Shown piece after piece: positions 51,030 through 64,000 of a stretch of 64,000 nt of DNA. The stretch lies in contig OX597814.1 in assembly GCA_951406725.2 (NCBI GenBank), forward strand, positions 194,742,001 through 194,806,000, given 5' to 3'. The notes beneath the pieces are model-generated. The model did not search any database. It saw nothing but the letters and a program-made list of their open reading frames with translations, and had not been told where the DNA came from. The stretch's first letter is position 1, and each line of letters opens with the position of its first letter. Made by a program: the position numbers and the translations under genes. The DNA comes from Octopus vulgaris. Its lineage: Eukaryota.

Positions 51030-52334
51030 TAAAGGCTTGTGTGGCTGATTCTGCTATCCCCATGATAGGTAGATATAAGGGATTTGTTGTTGAGTATTCC
51101 ATGTTAGGTGATTGACCTATTTGGGATACTGATTACTCAGCATGGAATACAGTTCTTTAGCATGTCACTGAAACAAACTGAAATATTTCAAATTCTTTAT
51201 GCACACAGAAATCTTATCATCTTACTCTGTAGTGTCAATGGAAGCCAGGATAAGAAACTGCATGGCATCATTTGAATAGCCTGAATATTATTACGTCAGC
51301 AGTAATAACCTCTTTCTTGAGATATAAGGTTACATTTTCCTCCTTGTAACTGTCTGTACTGCTAATTAATCCTTTTGTTGCCCTATTGAAGTAGAGTAAT
51401 TATTTTTTTTAAATTATGAAATATTTAGTAAACTATTTGAGTTATTAGTATACTGGTGTTTGGAACACAAATTAAAGTGAAATAAATATCAGAGACGCTT
51501 TGCTCTTTGCGGAAATTTTAGGAGTTACTCAAGGGTATTGTAAGCCCTTCTGAATCCATTGCACTGTTGGAAACCTCATTTTGAAGGAGGTTTTAATTTG
51601 CCACTCACAGTAATATTATGTTTCTTTATTACCCACAAGGGGCTAACCATAGAAGGGTCAAACAAGGACAGACAAACGAATTAAGTCAATTACATTGACC
51701 CCAGTGCGTAACTGGTACTTAATTTATCGACCCCGAAAGGATGAAAGGCAAAGTCGACCTCGGCAGAATTTGAACTCAGAACGTAACGGCAGATGAAATA
51801 TGGCTACGCATTTCGCATGGTGTGCTAACGGTTCTGCCAGCTTGCCGCCTTACACACGGTAATATTATGGTGTTTTACTGATGCTGCTATGGTAGTTTGT
51901 TGACTCAATGAAAATATCTTTCTTGGCTGCATGAAGAAGTAACCAAACAACACCAATGAACCTATAACAGAAGAATTTCTTGTTGCACATAAATACAAAC
52001 CGCTTTTGCCATTTACAGTTAACAACAGCAATAATTACAGCCTGGGAGGGAGAGACTGCTTTGAGGTTATGAAAAGCTATTGGTATGGCAACATGCAGTT
52101 TGCCCAACATAACTGGAACTAATTGAGCTATGTTCATGGCAACAGAGGTTCTTGGCCAGCCATCTGTTTGATCCATTAGTCTTGGCCAGGCCTGGCCAAC
52201 TCGAATTACAGAAAGTGTTTTGAGGGCTGCTTGTATACTTTATGCACCAATAATCAAATAATCAAATTACAGAATCAAGAATTTTTTTGTACTTTTCGTT
52301 TGTTTAAAATTACAAAATTGTAGGCTATTGCTTT

Positions 52335-53200
52335 AATGCCAGCAGTCACCCTATTGACCCAGGACAGTACTAGCTCCTCCAGGCACTTGATGTAGACCTC
52401 TGCGTTGAGTCTGAGGTGATGTGGGAAAATGAATGGAGACATAACGTTGCCATCACTAGTGATCACTCCAAACACCATGATGTTGACTGGATGTTTGATT
52501 TTTATCACTCTTGGTACACATTTTGGGGATATGGCAAGCCAATGGTTGTTCTGTGTGTTCACCATCTAAACCTGTCAGAAATTTTTCTTATCTGGGAAGA
52601 ACCAAAGCATATTCAGTTGGAGGGAATGCTTGAGTTTCTTCAAAAGCTTCGTAGTGTGGTCTTTCCTCTTGTCCTTGATGGTTTAGGATAAAAATTGGCC
52701 CTTTCTCACCCTGTATGAGGAATGCTGAATGTCTTCATGCACTACCTGCCTGATAAGAAACTCAGACACTCCCATGTCCCTGGTGATGGACTTGATTGAC
52801 TTGGAGGGATCGTTATCAATAAATGCTCACAATTTCACCAACAAATTCAGGAGTTCTTTTTTTATCAGAGCAATCAGAGTGGGTTTTCTGAGCTGCCATA
52901 CCTTCACAATTACCATTAGACTCATCCAACTCTTTCCAAATCTTCTGCACTGTTCTCAGATTGACATCCAAACACTCTGAAATGTTCATATTGGAGCTTC
53001 CCGTGCGAATGCCAAACAGTTCAGCATGTCATTTCGAAATTTCTGGCAGAGTGAATTGCTTCATGGTACTGTTTTTCTCACAGACGGTGCCCAACTGACC
53101 CTACTATACTGTGTAGTTGACAAAATCAAAAACAAACAATACGCGCATGCAGAGAAATTGAAAATATAAAATGGTGACAATTTACCCATCACACTCTGTA
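52335..53200 (-). mobile_element. Tc1-like transposase remnant
   Basis: Encodes KHPVNIMVFGVITSDG.VM.PFIF...R.NAEVYIKCLEE; terminus TACAGAGTGTGATGGGTAAATTGT on the minus strand. Confidence 0.8.
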
Positions 53201-53952
53201 TATTAAATCCTATCATATTATATTATATCACTAGCTTAACAGCCACACTCCATGTGGACTTTTAACCTAGCTCCTGCAACCCAAAACTAAAGAGAGCTTA
53301 GTAGCATGACCAGAGGTTAAGGACAGATGAGAATTAATTCTGTAATGCAATCATCCTATTGTTCCAGTCCCAAGTTGAATTCCAACGGTTGGCTAACTCG
53401 TCCCAAAGTTCTTATCTCGATGTAAAATTAATGAAATGAATGTCATTTGTCTGCTCCTTGATCTCTGATGTCATCTGACAAATGCCAACCAGGATGGCAT
53501 GAATCAGCCAAGCTTTATCTGCTAGAAATAACAGCCCCAAATGCTTTTAAATCAGATCCCAATGCAGGAGATTCAAGAACCAAATGAAGGGCAGATTTTC
53601 AATCGCAAAATCATCCTGATTGGTGATGTAAGATGGTTGTACCTGGGTAGAATGATGGTAACTAGTTAGTTCTGTGTGTGTGTGTGTGTTTGTTCTTCAT
53701 CATCGTTTGACAGCCAGTGAGGGTGAGTTTACATTCTCATAACTTAGCAGTTCATCAAAAGAAACTGATAAAATAAGTATCATGCTTTAAAAAAAAAAAA
53801 ATAAGTACTGGGGTTGATTTGTTCAACCAATAATTCTTTAAGGTGATGCTCCAGCATGGCCACAGTCTAATAACTTAAACAAGTAAAGAGAGAGAGAGAA
53901 AGAGAGGGACAGAGAGAGGGACAGAGAGACAGAGACAGACAGACAGACAATG

Positions 53953-54546
53953 AAGGCAGCGAGCTGGCAGAAACGTCAGCATGCCGGACGAAATGCTTAG
54001 TGGTATTTCATCTGCCGCTACGTTCTGAGTTCAAATTCCGCCGAGGTTGACTTTGCCTTTCATCCTTTCGGGGTCGATAAATTAAGTACCAGTTACGTAC
54101 TGGGGTCAATGTAATCGACTTAATCCGTTTGTCTGTTCTTGTTTGTTCCCTCTGTGTTTAGCCCCTTGTGGGTAGTAAAAAAATAGGTAATTCATCTGCC
54201 GCTATGTTCTGAGTTCAAATTCCGCCAAGGTCGACTTTGCCTTTCATCCTTTCGGGGTCGATTAAATTAAGTACCAGTTACGCACTGGGGTCGATATAAT
54301 CAACTTAATCCATTTGTCTGTCCCCTCTGTGTTTAGCCCCTTGTGGGTAGTAAAGAAATAGGTATTTCATCTGCCACTATGTTCTGAGTTCAAATTCCGC
54401 CAAGGTCGACTTTGCCTTTCTTCCTTTCGGGGTCGATGAAATAAGTACCAGTTACGCACTGGGGGTCGATATAATCAACTTAATCCATTTGTCTGTCCTT
54501 GTTTGTCCCTGTTATGATTAGCCCCTTGTGGGCAATAAAGAAATAA
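53953..54546 (+). mobile_element. SINE family B, three-unit concatemer
   Basis: Head followed by three units joined at AAATA|GGTA(T/A)TTC. Confidence 0.85.
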
Positions 54547-54999
54547 GACAGACAGAGAGAAACATAAAAATGAGATCAACATAAAAATGTCTAATATCAG
54601 ATAATTCAGTGTCAAATCACGATTCCAAATAATCAGCACCAACACAGCAGTGCCAAGATGTCTCATACCGACCATCATTAACTTGCTCATAATAAAAAAA
54701 AAAACCATCAGCCGTGCTAATGAGATTTCTGTCATTCATTACCAAAGCATTCCAAAAGAGGGTTGTGTAAAAGGATTCCTTTTGTCTACTAAATCTGATT
54801 GTAATACACATGCAGAGATAAACATCAATATTGTGTTTGAATGACAAGTTTTAGTTTAATTATTCTATGACACACTCTATTTCAATTCTTTTATCTACCT
54901 TGTTTTTTCAGCCCAGAAATACAGCAATATTCCTGTTCTCACCACTCCTTTGCTGTTATCAACCACAAAGAACACTTTTTGTCTGAATGCATGCATGGG

Positions 55000-55150
<151 letters not shown>

Positions 55151-55436
55151 CTATTATATCTGTCCTGTCTGTCTGTGTGTGTGTGTCTTCCATGATCTCG
55201 GGCATCCTCCGTCCGATTGCACTGACATTTGATATGTAGATACTGACGGTATCAGGGCGTGTATAAGTCTTGAAAAAATTACAAAAATCGATTCCTGGTG
55301 AGAATGCGACCAATAAAGCCGCGGGAACATGCAACAGAACAGAAATGATATCGAGGCACCTGTTTCTGGGGTCTCCGTGATCCAAAATAATGTTTGTAGA
55401 TTGATTCCATCATTGGATGAGAGGAGCCTCCATCAT

Positions 55437-55480
<44 letters not shown>

Positions 55481-55483
55481 GTA

Positions 55484-57065
55484 TCAGGTCATCCCATAAG
55501 TTCTGTCTGGATTTTGAATAAAGTAAACAAGTGATCAGATGCTATATTTAATTGAAATTTAATCATCAATGTATACTTTCCTTGATTGTCTATGACTTCC
55601 TTCCATCTATTTACAAGCTTTTTAATCCCATCCATGTAAAACTCTTTTGGTTTGAAACCAAAGAACTCTGAAATGTCAGTTTCAATCTCCTCTTGGCTTG
55701 TGAAAGTTATGTCCCCAAAATGATTCTGTAAACTACAAAACAAATGGTAGTTTGAAGGAGCAAGGTCGGGAGAATAAGGTGGATGAGGAATTTTTCCCAA
55801 CCAAGCTCTTCAATCTTCTGTGATGCGATCTTTCCAGTGTGGGGTCGCACATTGTCCTGATGAAACATCATTCCTTTTCGATTCACTAAAGTGGGTCTTT
55901 TTTTTCTTCAAAGCTTGGTTCAATCACTCTAATTGCTGACAGTAGACTTGAGCATTGATTGTTGCATTAGGTGGTAACAATTCAAAGTGAATTACTCCTT
56001 TGCAATCCCACCAGATAGAGAGAAGAACCTTTTTCCCATGAAGTTCCCTTCTCGGTTGTGGTTGAGTTTTTCCCTTTTACAAAACCACGGTTGACAATGT
56101 TTAACATTTCAATAGAAGATCCATTTTTCATCACCAGTCATAAGTCTATCCAAAAAGGGTGAAATGAGTTCGCGAGAATGGAGAGAAGAGCAGATGTCAA
56201 CTCAGGATTTGCGATTTCTTTCAGACAATTCATGAGGCACCCATTTTCCAAGTTTAGAAACCTTTCCAAGCTGATGAAGATGACGATGAACAGTTGTATG
56301 GTTTGAACTAAGCTTTATTGCCAATTCTTCAACAGATAATGCAGGATTTTCTTCAAATAATGACTCAAGGAGCTTGAGTCATCAAACTCAACTGGACATC
56401 CTGTTCGATCTTCATCTTCAAGGCTGAAATCTTCACTTCTAAATTTTGCAAACCATCTTCTTCAAGTTCTTTCATTCAAGCACGTTTCGAGTCACTTTGG
56501 CTGCAGAGTTTCCTTTTTTGTACTCATAAAACATTACGTGCCTTAAATGCTCTTTGGATACTTCCATGTTAGAAAGGGTTTTAATCAAAGAAATTTTAAT
56601 TCTGGCACGTAAAAAGCACCATCCGATCGTGGCCATTGCCAGCCTTGCCTGGCCCCCGTGCCGGTGGCACGTAAAAAGCACCATCCGTCCGTGGCCGTTT
56701 GCCAGCCCCGTCTGGCACCTGTGCGGGTGGCACGTAAAAAGCACCCACTATACTCATGGAGTGGTTGGCATTAGGAAGGGCATCCAGCCGTAGAAACACT
56801 GCCAGATCAGACTGGGCCTGGTGCAGCCTTCAGGCTTCCCAGACCCCAGTTGAACCGTCCAACCCATGCTAGCATGGAAAGTGGACGCTAAATGATGATG
56901 ATGATGATGATGATGATATTCTGTAAAATAATATTTAATTAGTTTAAATGTACACAAATGCATAAAAATAATTTTTAATTCCATTAGACATTCTAAAATA
57001 CTATTAAATTTCATTCAATTTTTAATAAGGAGGTAAAATCGGACAGAATTTATGGGATGACCTGA
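55484..57065 (-). mobile_element. Near full-length decayed mariner element with a SINE inserted in its 5'UTR (56601-56917)
   Basis: TIRs TCAGGTCATCCCATAA and TTATGGGATGACCTGA flanked by TA. Transposase runs from MEVSKEHLRHVMFYEYKKG through TGDEKW and FHQDN..PH to HPPYSPDLAPSNYHLF, with frameshifts. Confidence 0.92.
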
Positions 57066-57744
57066 TATATATACATACATACATACACACACATGCACAA
57101 ACACGTGTGCACACATGCACATGCACACACGCACATGCACACACACATACATACACATCTATATTTATATCTATATCTGAATATCTACCTACTATCTCTC
57201 TCTCTTTCTCCCTTCTATCTATCTATACATGCATACATACATACATAAATTTATTAGTAGGTTCGCAGGTCAGTTTGTGTTAGGAGCAGGTTACTGATGG
57301 ACCCCCTCCCAACATACACACAAAATTTTTATGATTTACCTTGTTAGATAACAGATAAGGGAAATATTTCCGTTTTATTATCTTGCACTTAAAGTTGCCA
57401 GACAATACCATAGGGAAAGCTATTGTAAGGTTTAATGCCTATACTTTTAAAATTAGTACAAAATAATTAAATATGCTGATTATGATAAGGTGATCCACTT
57501 TTTGATTATTTTTTTTTTTGTTGCTAAGATAGACCCAGGTGTGTGGTTAAGGAGATCACTTTGCAACCAGGGGGTTTTGGTTTCAGTCCTGTTGCATGGC
57601 AATATGGGCAAGTGTCTTCTACTACAGCACTGGTCCAAACAGTGTCTCGTGAGTGAATCCGGTAGGTGGAAACTGTGAGGAAGCCTGTTGTGTGTATGTA
57701 TATTCATATATATAAATATATTATCTGTGTGTGTGAGTGTGTGT

Positions 57745-57782
<38 letters not shown>

Positions 57783-60115
57783 CATGCAGGGGGGAGGGCG
57801 ATAGGGGCGGCACTTTTAAGGGGGCACCACTTTGGGGTCTGCTGTAGGTAATATATGTTTTTTGTGGGGTCTAGTGGGGGGAAGCAAACAGAAGACCCAC
57901 CCCAGGTGGCACACACTCTAGTTACGCTAGCAATGTGTGTGTAATATATATATATATGTACTGTGAATGTGATCGATAAAGCCGTGGAAACGTGCATTTG
58001 TATGCCCAAGTACATCAGCTGTTGCGATTGATACTATGTATACGTGAGAGAAATGCACGGCGTCTCAAATTTATGTTAAATCAATGTTTCTCAAAGGGGA
58101 GGCCTACGGGACGGTTGGACAAGTTGTTTTGAGAAAATTTGATTTAAATGTTTGACAACTCAGCACTGTCTATTGGAGGGGGGGGGCACTTTGCTCGTAT
58201 ATCTATATATATATATATATATATAGGACAGACTTCTTTCAGTTTCCATCTACCAAATCCACTCACAAGGCTTTGGTTGGCCTGAGGCTATAGTAGAAGA
58301 CACTTGCTGAAGGTGCTACACAGTGGGACTGAACCCGGAACCATATGGTTGGGAAGCAAGCTACTTACCACACAGCCACTCCTGTGCCTATGCAAAAAAA
58401 AAATATGCCAAAAAAAAGCACAAAAAAGGAGTTGTTTTGGGATCCACTATTCATCTTCTACTTTAACCCTTTAGCATTTAAACTAGTCATATTTGGCCAA
58501 AATACTCTACCTATTTTTCATTCAAGCCAGCCAGATCTGGACTTTCACACACACACTTTGCTATGTCATTCTAAAAATAAATAATTCCATCAGCAAAAAT
58601 CTCAAACCTCTGAGATTATGCAGATTAAATCAAAACAATGTGAATAAATAAGCAATGTGAATACTGTGGAGGCACATGGCCTAGTGGTTAGAGCAGAGGA
58701 CTCGTGGTCGAGGGATCGTGGGTTCGAATCTCAGACCGGGTGAGGTATGTGTTTATAAGCGAAACATCGAAGCTCCACATGGCTCCGACAAAAGGTAATG
58801 GCGAACTTCTGCTGACTCTTTCACCACAACTTTCTCTCACTCTTTCCTCCTGCATCTTGCAGCTCACCTGCGACGGACCGGCGTCCCGTCCAGGTGGGAA
58901 ACCTATATGCCAAGGAAATCGGGAAACCGGCCCTTATGAGCCAGGTATGGCTGGAGAAGGAACAAACAACAATCTGAATATTAAAGGATTACGTTAAAAA
59001 TACTACTTATAATGGTTTCAGATTTTTGGCATTGGATCAGCAGTTTTTGAGGGCAGAGGAAAGTCAGTCACATTTCCTCGTACTTGTCTGGTACTCTGTC
59101 GACACAAAAAGGATGAAAGGCAAAGCTGACCTTGGCAGAATTTGAACTCAGAACCTTAAGACAGACGAAATGCAGCTCAGCATTTTGCCCAGTATTCTAA
59201 CAGTTCTGCCAGCTCTCCACCTTAACAATAGTGATTCTTCATCCTTTAGCAATCAGGGCTGTCAGATTTCCTTGATATACTATATTACTCTTTTATATGC
59301 TTCAGTCATTTGACTGTGGTCATGCTGGAGCACCACCTTTATTGAAAGAAATCGACCCCAGGACTTATTCTATGTAAGGCCTACTACTTAGTCTATCAGT
59401 CCCTTTTGCTGAACCGCTAAGTTTTGGGGATATAAACACACCAGCATTGGTTGTCAAGTGATGGTGGGAGGACAAACACAGACACATACAAATAAATATA
59501 TATACATATATATATATCAGGCCATAACCTGTGGCCCCTACCTGGGACGTAGTCAGTCCACCTGTGCATACCTTCCTTCTTGTGACACTTGTGAAGACCG
59601 AAGACCTGTTGAGGCAAGTGAAAATCAAAACAAATCAAAATAGATGAACATCAATGGAATTTGTATCTTTGTGGTACCAGTGCCGGTGGAACGTGGCACA
59701 CAAGAAAACCATCCGAACGTGGCCGTAGCCAGTACCGCATCGACTGGCCTCCGTGCTGTGGGCACGTAACAAACACCATCCGATCGTGGCCGTTGCCAGC
59801 CTCATCTGGCACCTGTGTCGGTGGCACATAAAAACACCATCCGAGCGTGGCCGTCTGCCAGCCTCGTCTGGCACCTGTGTCGGTGGCACATAAAAAACAC
59901 CATCCGAGCATGGCCGTTTGCCAGCCTCGTCTGGCACCTGTGTCGGTGGCACATAAAATCACCCACTACACTCTCGGAGTGGTTGGCGTTAGGAAGGGCA
60001 TCCAGCTGTAGAAACACTGCCAGATCTGACTGGACTGGTGCAGCTTTCGGGCTCCCCAGACCCCAGTTGAACCGTCCAACCCATGCTAGCATGGAAAGCG
60101 GACGTTAAATGATGA

Positions 60116-60151
<36 letters not shown>

Positions 60152-61641
60152 GATGTGGAGGCGCAAAGGCCCAGCAGTTAGGGCAGCAGACTCTCAGTTG
60201 TAAGATCGTGGTTTTGATTTCCAGACTGGGTATTGTGACTGTTTATTGAGCGAAAACACCTAAAGCTCCACAAGGCTCTGGCAGGGGGTGATGGCGATCC
60301 CTGCTGTACCCTTTCGCCACAACTTTCTCTCACTCTTTCTTCTGTTGGTCTGCTCGCTTAACCAGCAGGGTGGCATCATTTGAAGGCTAAAACAATGTGA
60401 AGCGCATTGTGACCAGCGATTTGTAGCAACATCTGATAGCCTGGTCGGTCACATGTGATTACGGTGATATACATGGCAGGCTTCTTTCAGTTTCCGTCAA
60501 TCAAATCCACTTGCAACGCTTTGGTTGGCCCGAGGCTATAGTAGAAGACACTTGCCCAAGGTGCCATGCAGTGGAACTGAACCCGGAACCATGTGATTGG
60601 GAAGCAAGCTACTTACCACAAAGCCACTCCTGTGCCTGTATTGAAAGGAATAATATGGCTTATAATAGCTCTTTCTTTCAAACGCAAACAAAACATGTAA
60701 GTCCTGTTTGTTAATGGACAACAGAGAAAGGAATGGTGATAAACAGGGATTTCCTAAAGGCCAAGAACAAAAGGCTTCAATAGTTGTAACAACAACAACA
60801 ACCACAACATTTTCACTATTAAAACCAACAATAGCAATAAAAATAGTTTTTAACAATTGTATATTTTATAAGAAAGTGAAAATTGTGTTAATCTGACAAA
60901 TTCTTAACTTACATTAAACTCACTGCTTTGTTACTTGCCCCAAATTTAATGTTGTTGTTGTTTTAACCCTGGGTCAGCTCTGATTGAGCAAATCATCTTG
61001 CTGTAACCATCCTACCTTTTTGACCTTCTGTGCAAGGAGCCTAGAATGGCATTGTCCACCTTATCGATTTCTAAAGAAGTTTGGGTGTGATTTGAAGGAA
61101 GTTGCAACATTCAACTTGTGTGTGTGTGTGTGTGTGTATGCGTGTGTGTGTGCATGTGCACGTGTGTGTGTGTGCATGTGCACGCATGTGTCTGTGTGCA
61201 TGTATGTGTTTGCTTAGGTCTGCTGCAAAAATATTGGCTGAGTCTCAAATACCAACCCACTGCCTAGAAATTGAACCCGGTATCCCTGTGTCCTGATGTG
61301 AAAGTAATTGTAAATACCCAAACCAAAACAGGATCTAGTCAGGGATTGATGATGTCAGCAAGCAACTAACCATTCAGGTTTCAGGTAAACACATTGAGAA
61401 CTTGTTTTTCTCAGTATCTGGGCTAACCAGTAAAAACACAATAGCCTGTAAAAGTTTAATTTTTTAGAATCCTAGTTGAAAATGACTTATTGGAATTCAG
61501 TATCAATTTTGTCTTTGGCACCATTTCTTTGATGGACCATTTGGTATATAGGGGTTGATTTGTTGGCATAAGCCTTTAATATGGAGCCCAGCATAGCTGT
61601 TGTCTAAAGACTGAAACGAATAGAAGAGTAAATAATAAAAG

Positions 61642-61746
<105 letters not shown>

Positions 61747-61843
61747 TTTTCAATATAAGGGTAGCAAAAAATTCAATAGAAATTTTTTCGCCACCAGCGG
61801 TCTAGTGAGAAAGAAAAAATAGTCAACAGACTATATAATGTAC

Positions 61844-62295
61844 ATTCAACAATAATATTAAGGAATGGCCTTAATAGGCCATTCAACTCACTAAAACGAG
61901 CAGCTAGACTCAAACCGCTAAATAGTAGTAATTCAGAAATCAAAGGAAAATTAAAAACGTTTACCCTAATCATCTTTGGACTATGTATAGTTTCGACGTA
62001 CTTTTAGGTAAACCAGCCTAATTAAATTAAATTTAATCAAGTCAATTTACCACTTGCCCGTCTCATCGGCAAAGAAGCCAGGAGGAATAAATATTCCACG
62101 AGGCAACAGCATCGATGCCTTGGGAATATATACTCTAAAATTTACCGTCATCGCGCCAACTTATCAAAACTATGCATAGTCCAAAGATGATTAGAGTAAA
62201 TGTTTTAAATTTTCCTTTGATTTCTGAATTACTACTATTTAGTGGTTTGAGTTTAGCTGCTCGTTTTAGGCCATTCCTTAATATTATTGTTGAAT
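61844..62295. repeat. Inverted repeat (arms of about 130-150 bp), probably Penelope pseudo-LTR derived, between (TA)n tracts
   Basis: 61844-61996 pairs with 62164-62295 with one indel of about 20 nt and a few substitutions. Confidence 0.8.
61974..62074 (-). ncRNA. Type I hammerhead ribozyme-like motif (core variant CCGAUGA)
   Basis: CTTTG-CCGATGA-GACG...CGTC-GAAAC-TATACATA-GTC-CAAAG: stems I, II and III all pair and there is a GUC cleavage triplet. One core deviation (U4 to C). Confidence 0.6.
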
Positions 62296-62550
62296 ATATA
62301 TATATATATTTCTTTACTGCCCACAAGGGGCTAAACATAGAGGGGGCAAACAAGGACAGACAAAGGGATTAAGTCGATTACATTGACCCCAGTGTGAAAC
62401 TGGTACTTTATTTATCAACCCCGAAAGGATGAAAGACAAAGTCAACCTTGGCGGAATTTGAACTCGGAACGTAACAACAGACAAAATACCACTAAGCATT
62501 TCGACCGGCGTGCCAACGTTTCTACCAGCTCACCACCTTATATATATATG

Positions 62551-62585
<35 letters not shown>

Positions 62586-63339
62586 TTAATCATATCGAAG
62601 GGAAATGGAAATTAATAGAAATTTTCACTTCCAGTGGCCTAACGTGTAAAAATTTAGTCCAAAGACTATGTATTACTCATAAAATACAGTGTGCATTTAA
62701 ACACATAAGAAATCCACTCATGAGATTCAACACGCTAGAAAGAACAGCTAGGTTCTATAACCACAAAATTAGGGATAAAATCCAACAGGAATGAAATGAA
62801 AAAATAAAAACTTTTACCATCTAGTTTCCTGGACCAACATCAATGGGGTGGGACAAACACAGACACACAAACATATATATATATATACACACACACATGG
62901 TGGGCTTCTTTCAATTTCCATCCACCAAATCCACTCATAAGGCTATGGTTGGCCTGAGGCAGTAGTAGAAGACACTTACCCAAGGTGCCACACAGTGTAA
63001 CTGACCCGGAACCATGAGGTTGGGAACCAAGGTTCATACCACACAGCCACACAGTTTTAACTGTAAAAATGCCTGATTTCAGAGATTAATTAAGAAAGTG
63101 AGCCTGGGGTTAAATTGTCCAGTTTAAACTCTATTTTATCATATCCAGTAGACATTTTGGGGTTCAATCTGGGGGTCAGACATTAATTAACACCGTCATT
63201 ACTTGTCTCATAAGGAAATTATGAGCCTTTAAAATAATGGTTAAATTATTTACAAGATTATAGAACTGCTTTAGTGATGCTTTCGTTATATTGGTAAGGG
63301 AGAGTTCTAGTCTGTAGTCTTCTAAATGGTAAAATAAAA

Positions 63340-63530
63340 GAATACTCCTGAAGAGATCACTGAAGCAAAAGGTGTACCATTCAGTATTTATGGATTCTTA
63401 GATGTTCTTATATTCTGAAGTAAAGTACTAGACAAGGCTGTCAATCAATTTATCCATATATTTACCAAAAGTAGTCTTGATCAGATAATGGCTTCCCATT
63501 TACAAAAAGATATGCTAAACATAAAAGCAG
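63340..63530 (+). mobile_element. Possible old LTR-retrotransposon integrase remnant
   Basis: LPKVVL / SDNGFPFT across a frameshift resembles the integrase LP..LVSDNG..FT motif; heavily decayed. Confidence 0.3.
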
Positions 63531-64000
63531 CTATAAACAGCACAGAGAATGTAGGCCTGGCACCCTGTCGGTTAAGATGACGAGGGTTCCACTTGATCTG
63601 ATTGACTGAACAGCCTGTTTGTGAAATTAATGTGCAAGTGGCTGAGCACTCCACAGATACATGTACCTTTAACGGAGTTCTCAAGGAGATTCAGCATGAT
63701 ATAGAGTTTTTTTGTTTCATCCTTTAGAAGGAACAGTTATTTGTTCCTTCTCGAGCCATGCCTGGCTCATAACGGGCCGGTTTCCTGGTTTCCTTGGCGT
63801 ATAGGTTCCCCACCTGGACGGGACGCCGGTCCGTCACAGGTGAGCTGTAAGATGCAGGAGGAAAGAGTGAGAGAAAGTTGTGGCGAAAGAATCAGCAGAA
63901 GTTCGCCATTACCTTCTGCCGGAGCCGTGTGGAACTTAGGTGTTTTGCTCATAAACACACACATCGCCTGGTCTGAGATTCGAATCCGCAATCCCTCGAC

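Noticed and set aside
52090-52130. Minus-strand YVGQT GIY-YIG-like pentapeptide
   Set aside because: Not conserved in the 43.9-kb homologue, and the flanking GIY-YIG residues are absent.
58667-58740. tRNA gene (also 38648-38720 and 45184-45260)
   Set aside because: A/B boxes are present but run directly into SINE body or tail; these are SINE heads, not complete cloverleaves.

Overview
AT-rich, repeat-saturated animal genomic DNA. The SINE, microsatellite and TE complement suggests an octopus or other coleoid cephalopod (inference). None of the ORF-track entries is a complete host gene. Manual splicing on the minus strand recovers the 5' part of a GPCPD1/GDE5-like glycerophosphocholine phosphodiesterase gene. 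It has five phase-consistent coding exons (16889-16729, 13502-13339, 12441-12394, 10024-9891, 1487-1425; about 190 aa, including the N-terminal CBM20 domain) and a 5'UTR exon (21038-20864), and it continues off the left edge. The rest is intronic or intergenic: at least four SINE families, RTE, R4/Dong-like, CR1-like and Penelope retroelement remnants, a solo LTR, mariner/Tc1 remnants, MITEs, Helitron-like elements and microsatellites. The most interesting signals are: SINE concatemers that all share one hairpin junction, a stack of SINEs inserted at one target site, Penelope-type hammerhead ribozyme motifs, a candidate poison exon, an AG|GT-initiated uORF-bearing UTR exon, a co-oriented solo LTR upstream of the gene, and long inverted repeats that could be A-to-I editing substrates. 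All calls were made by eye; repeat boundaries are approximate.
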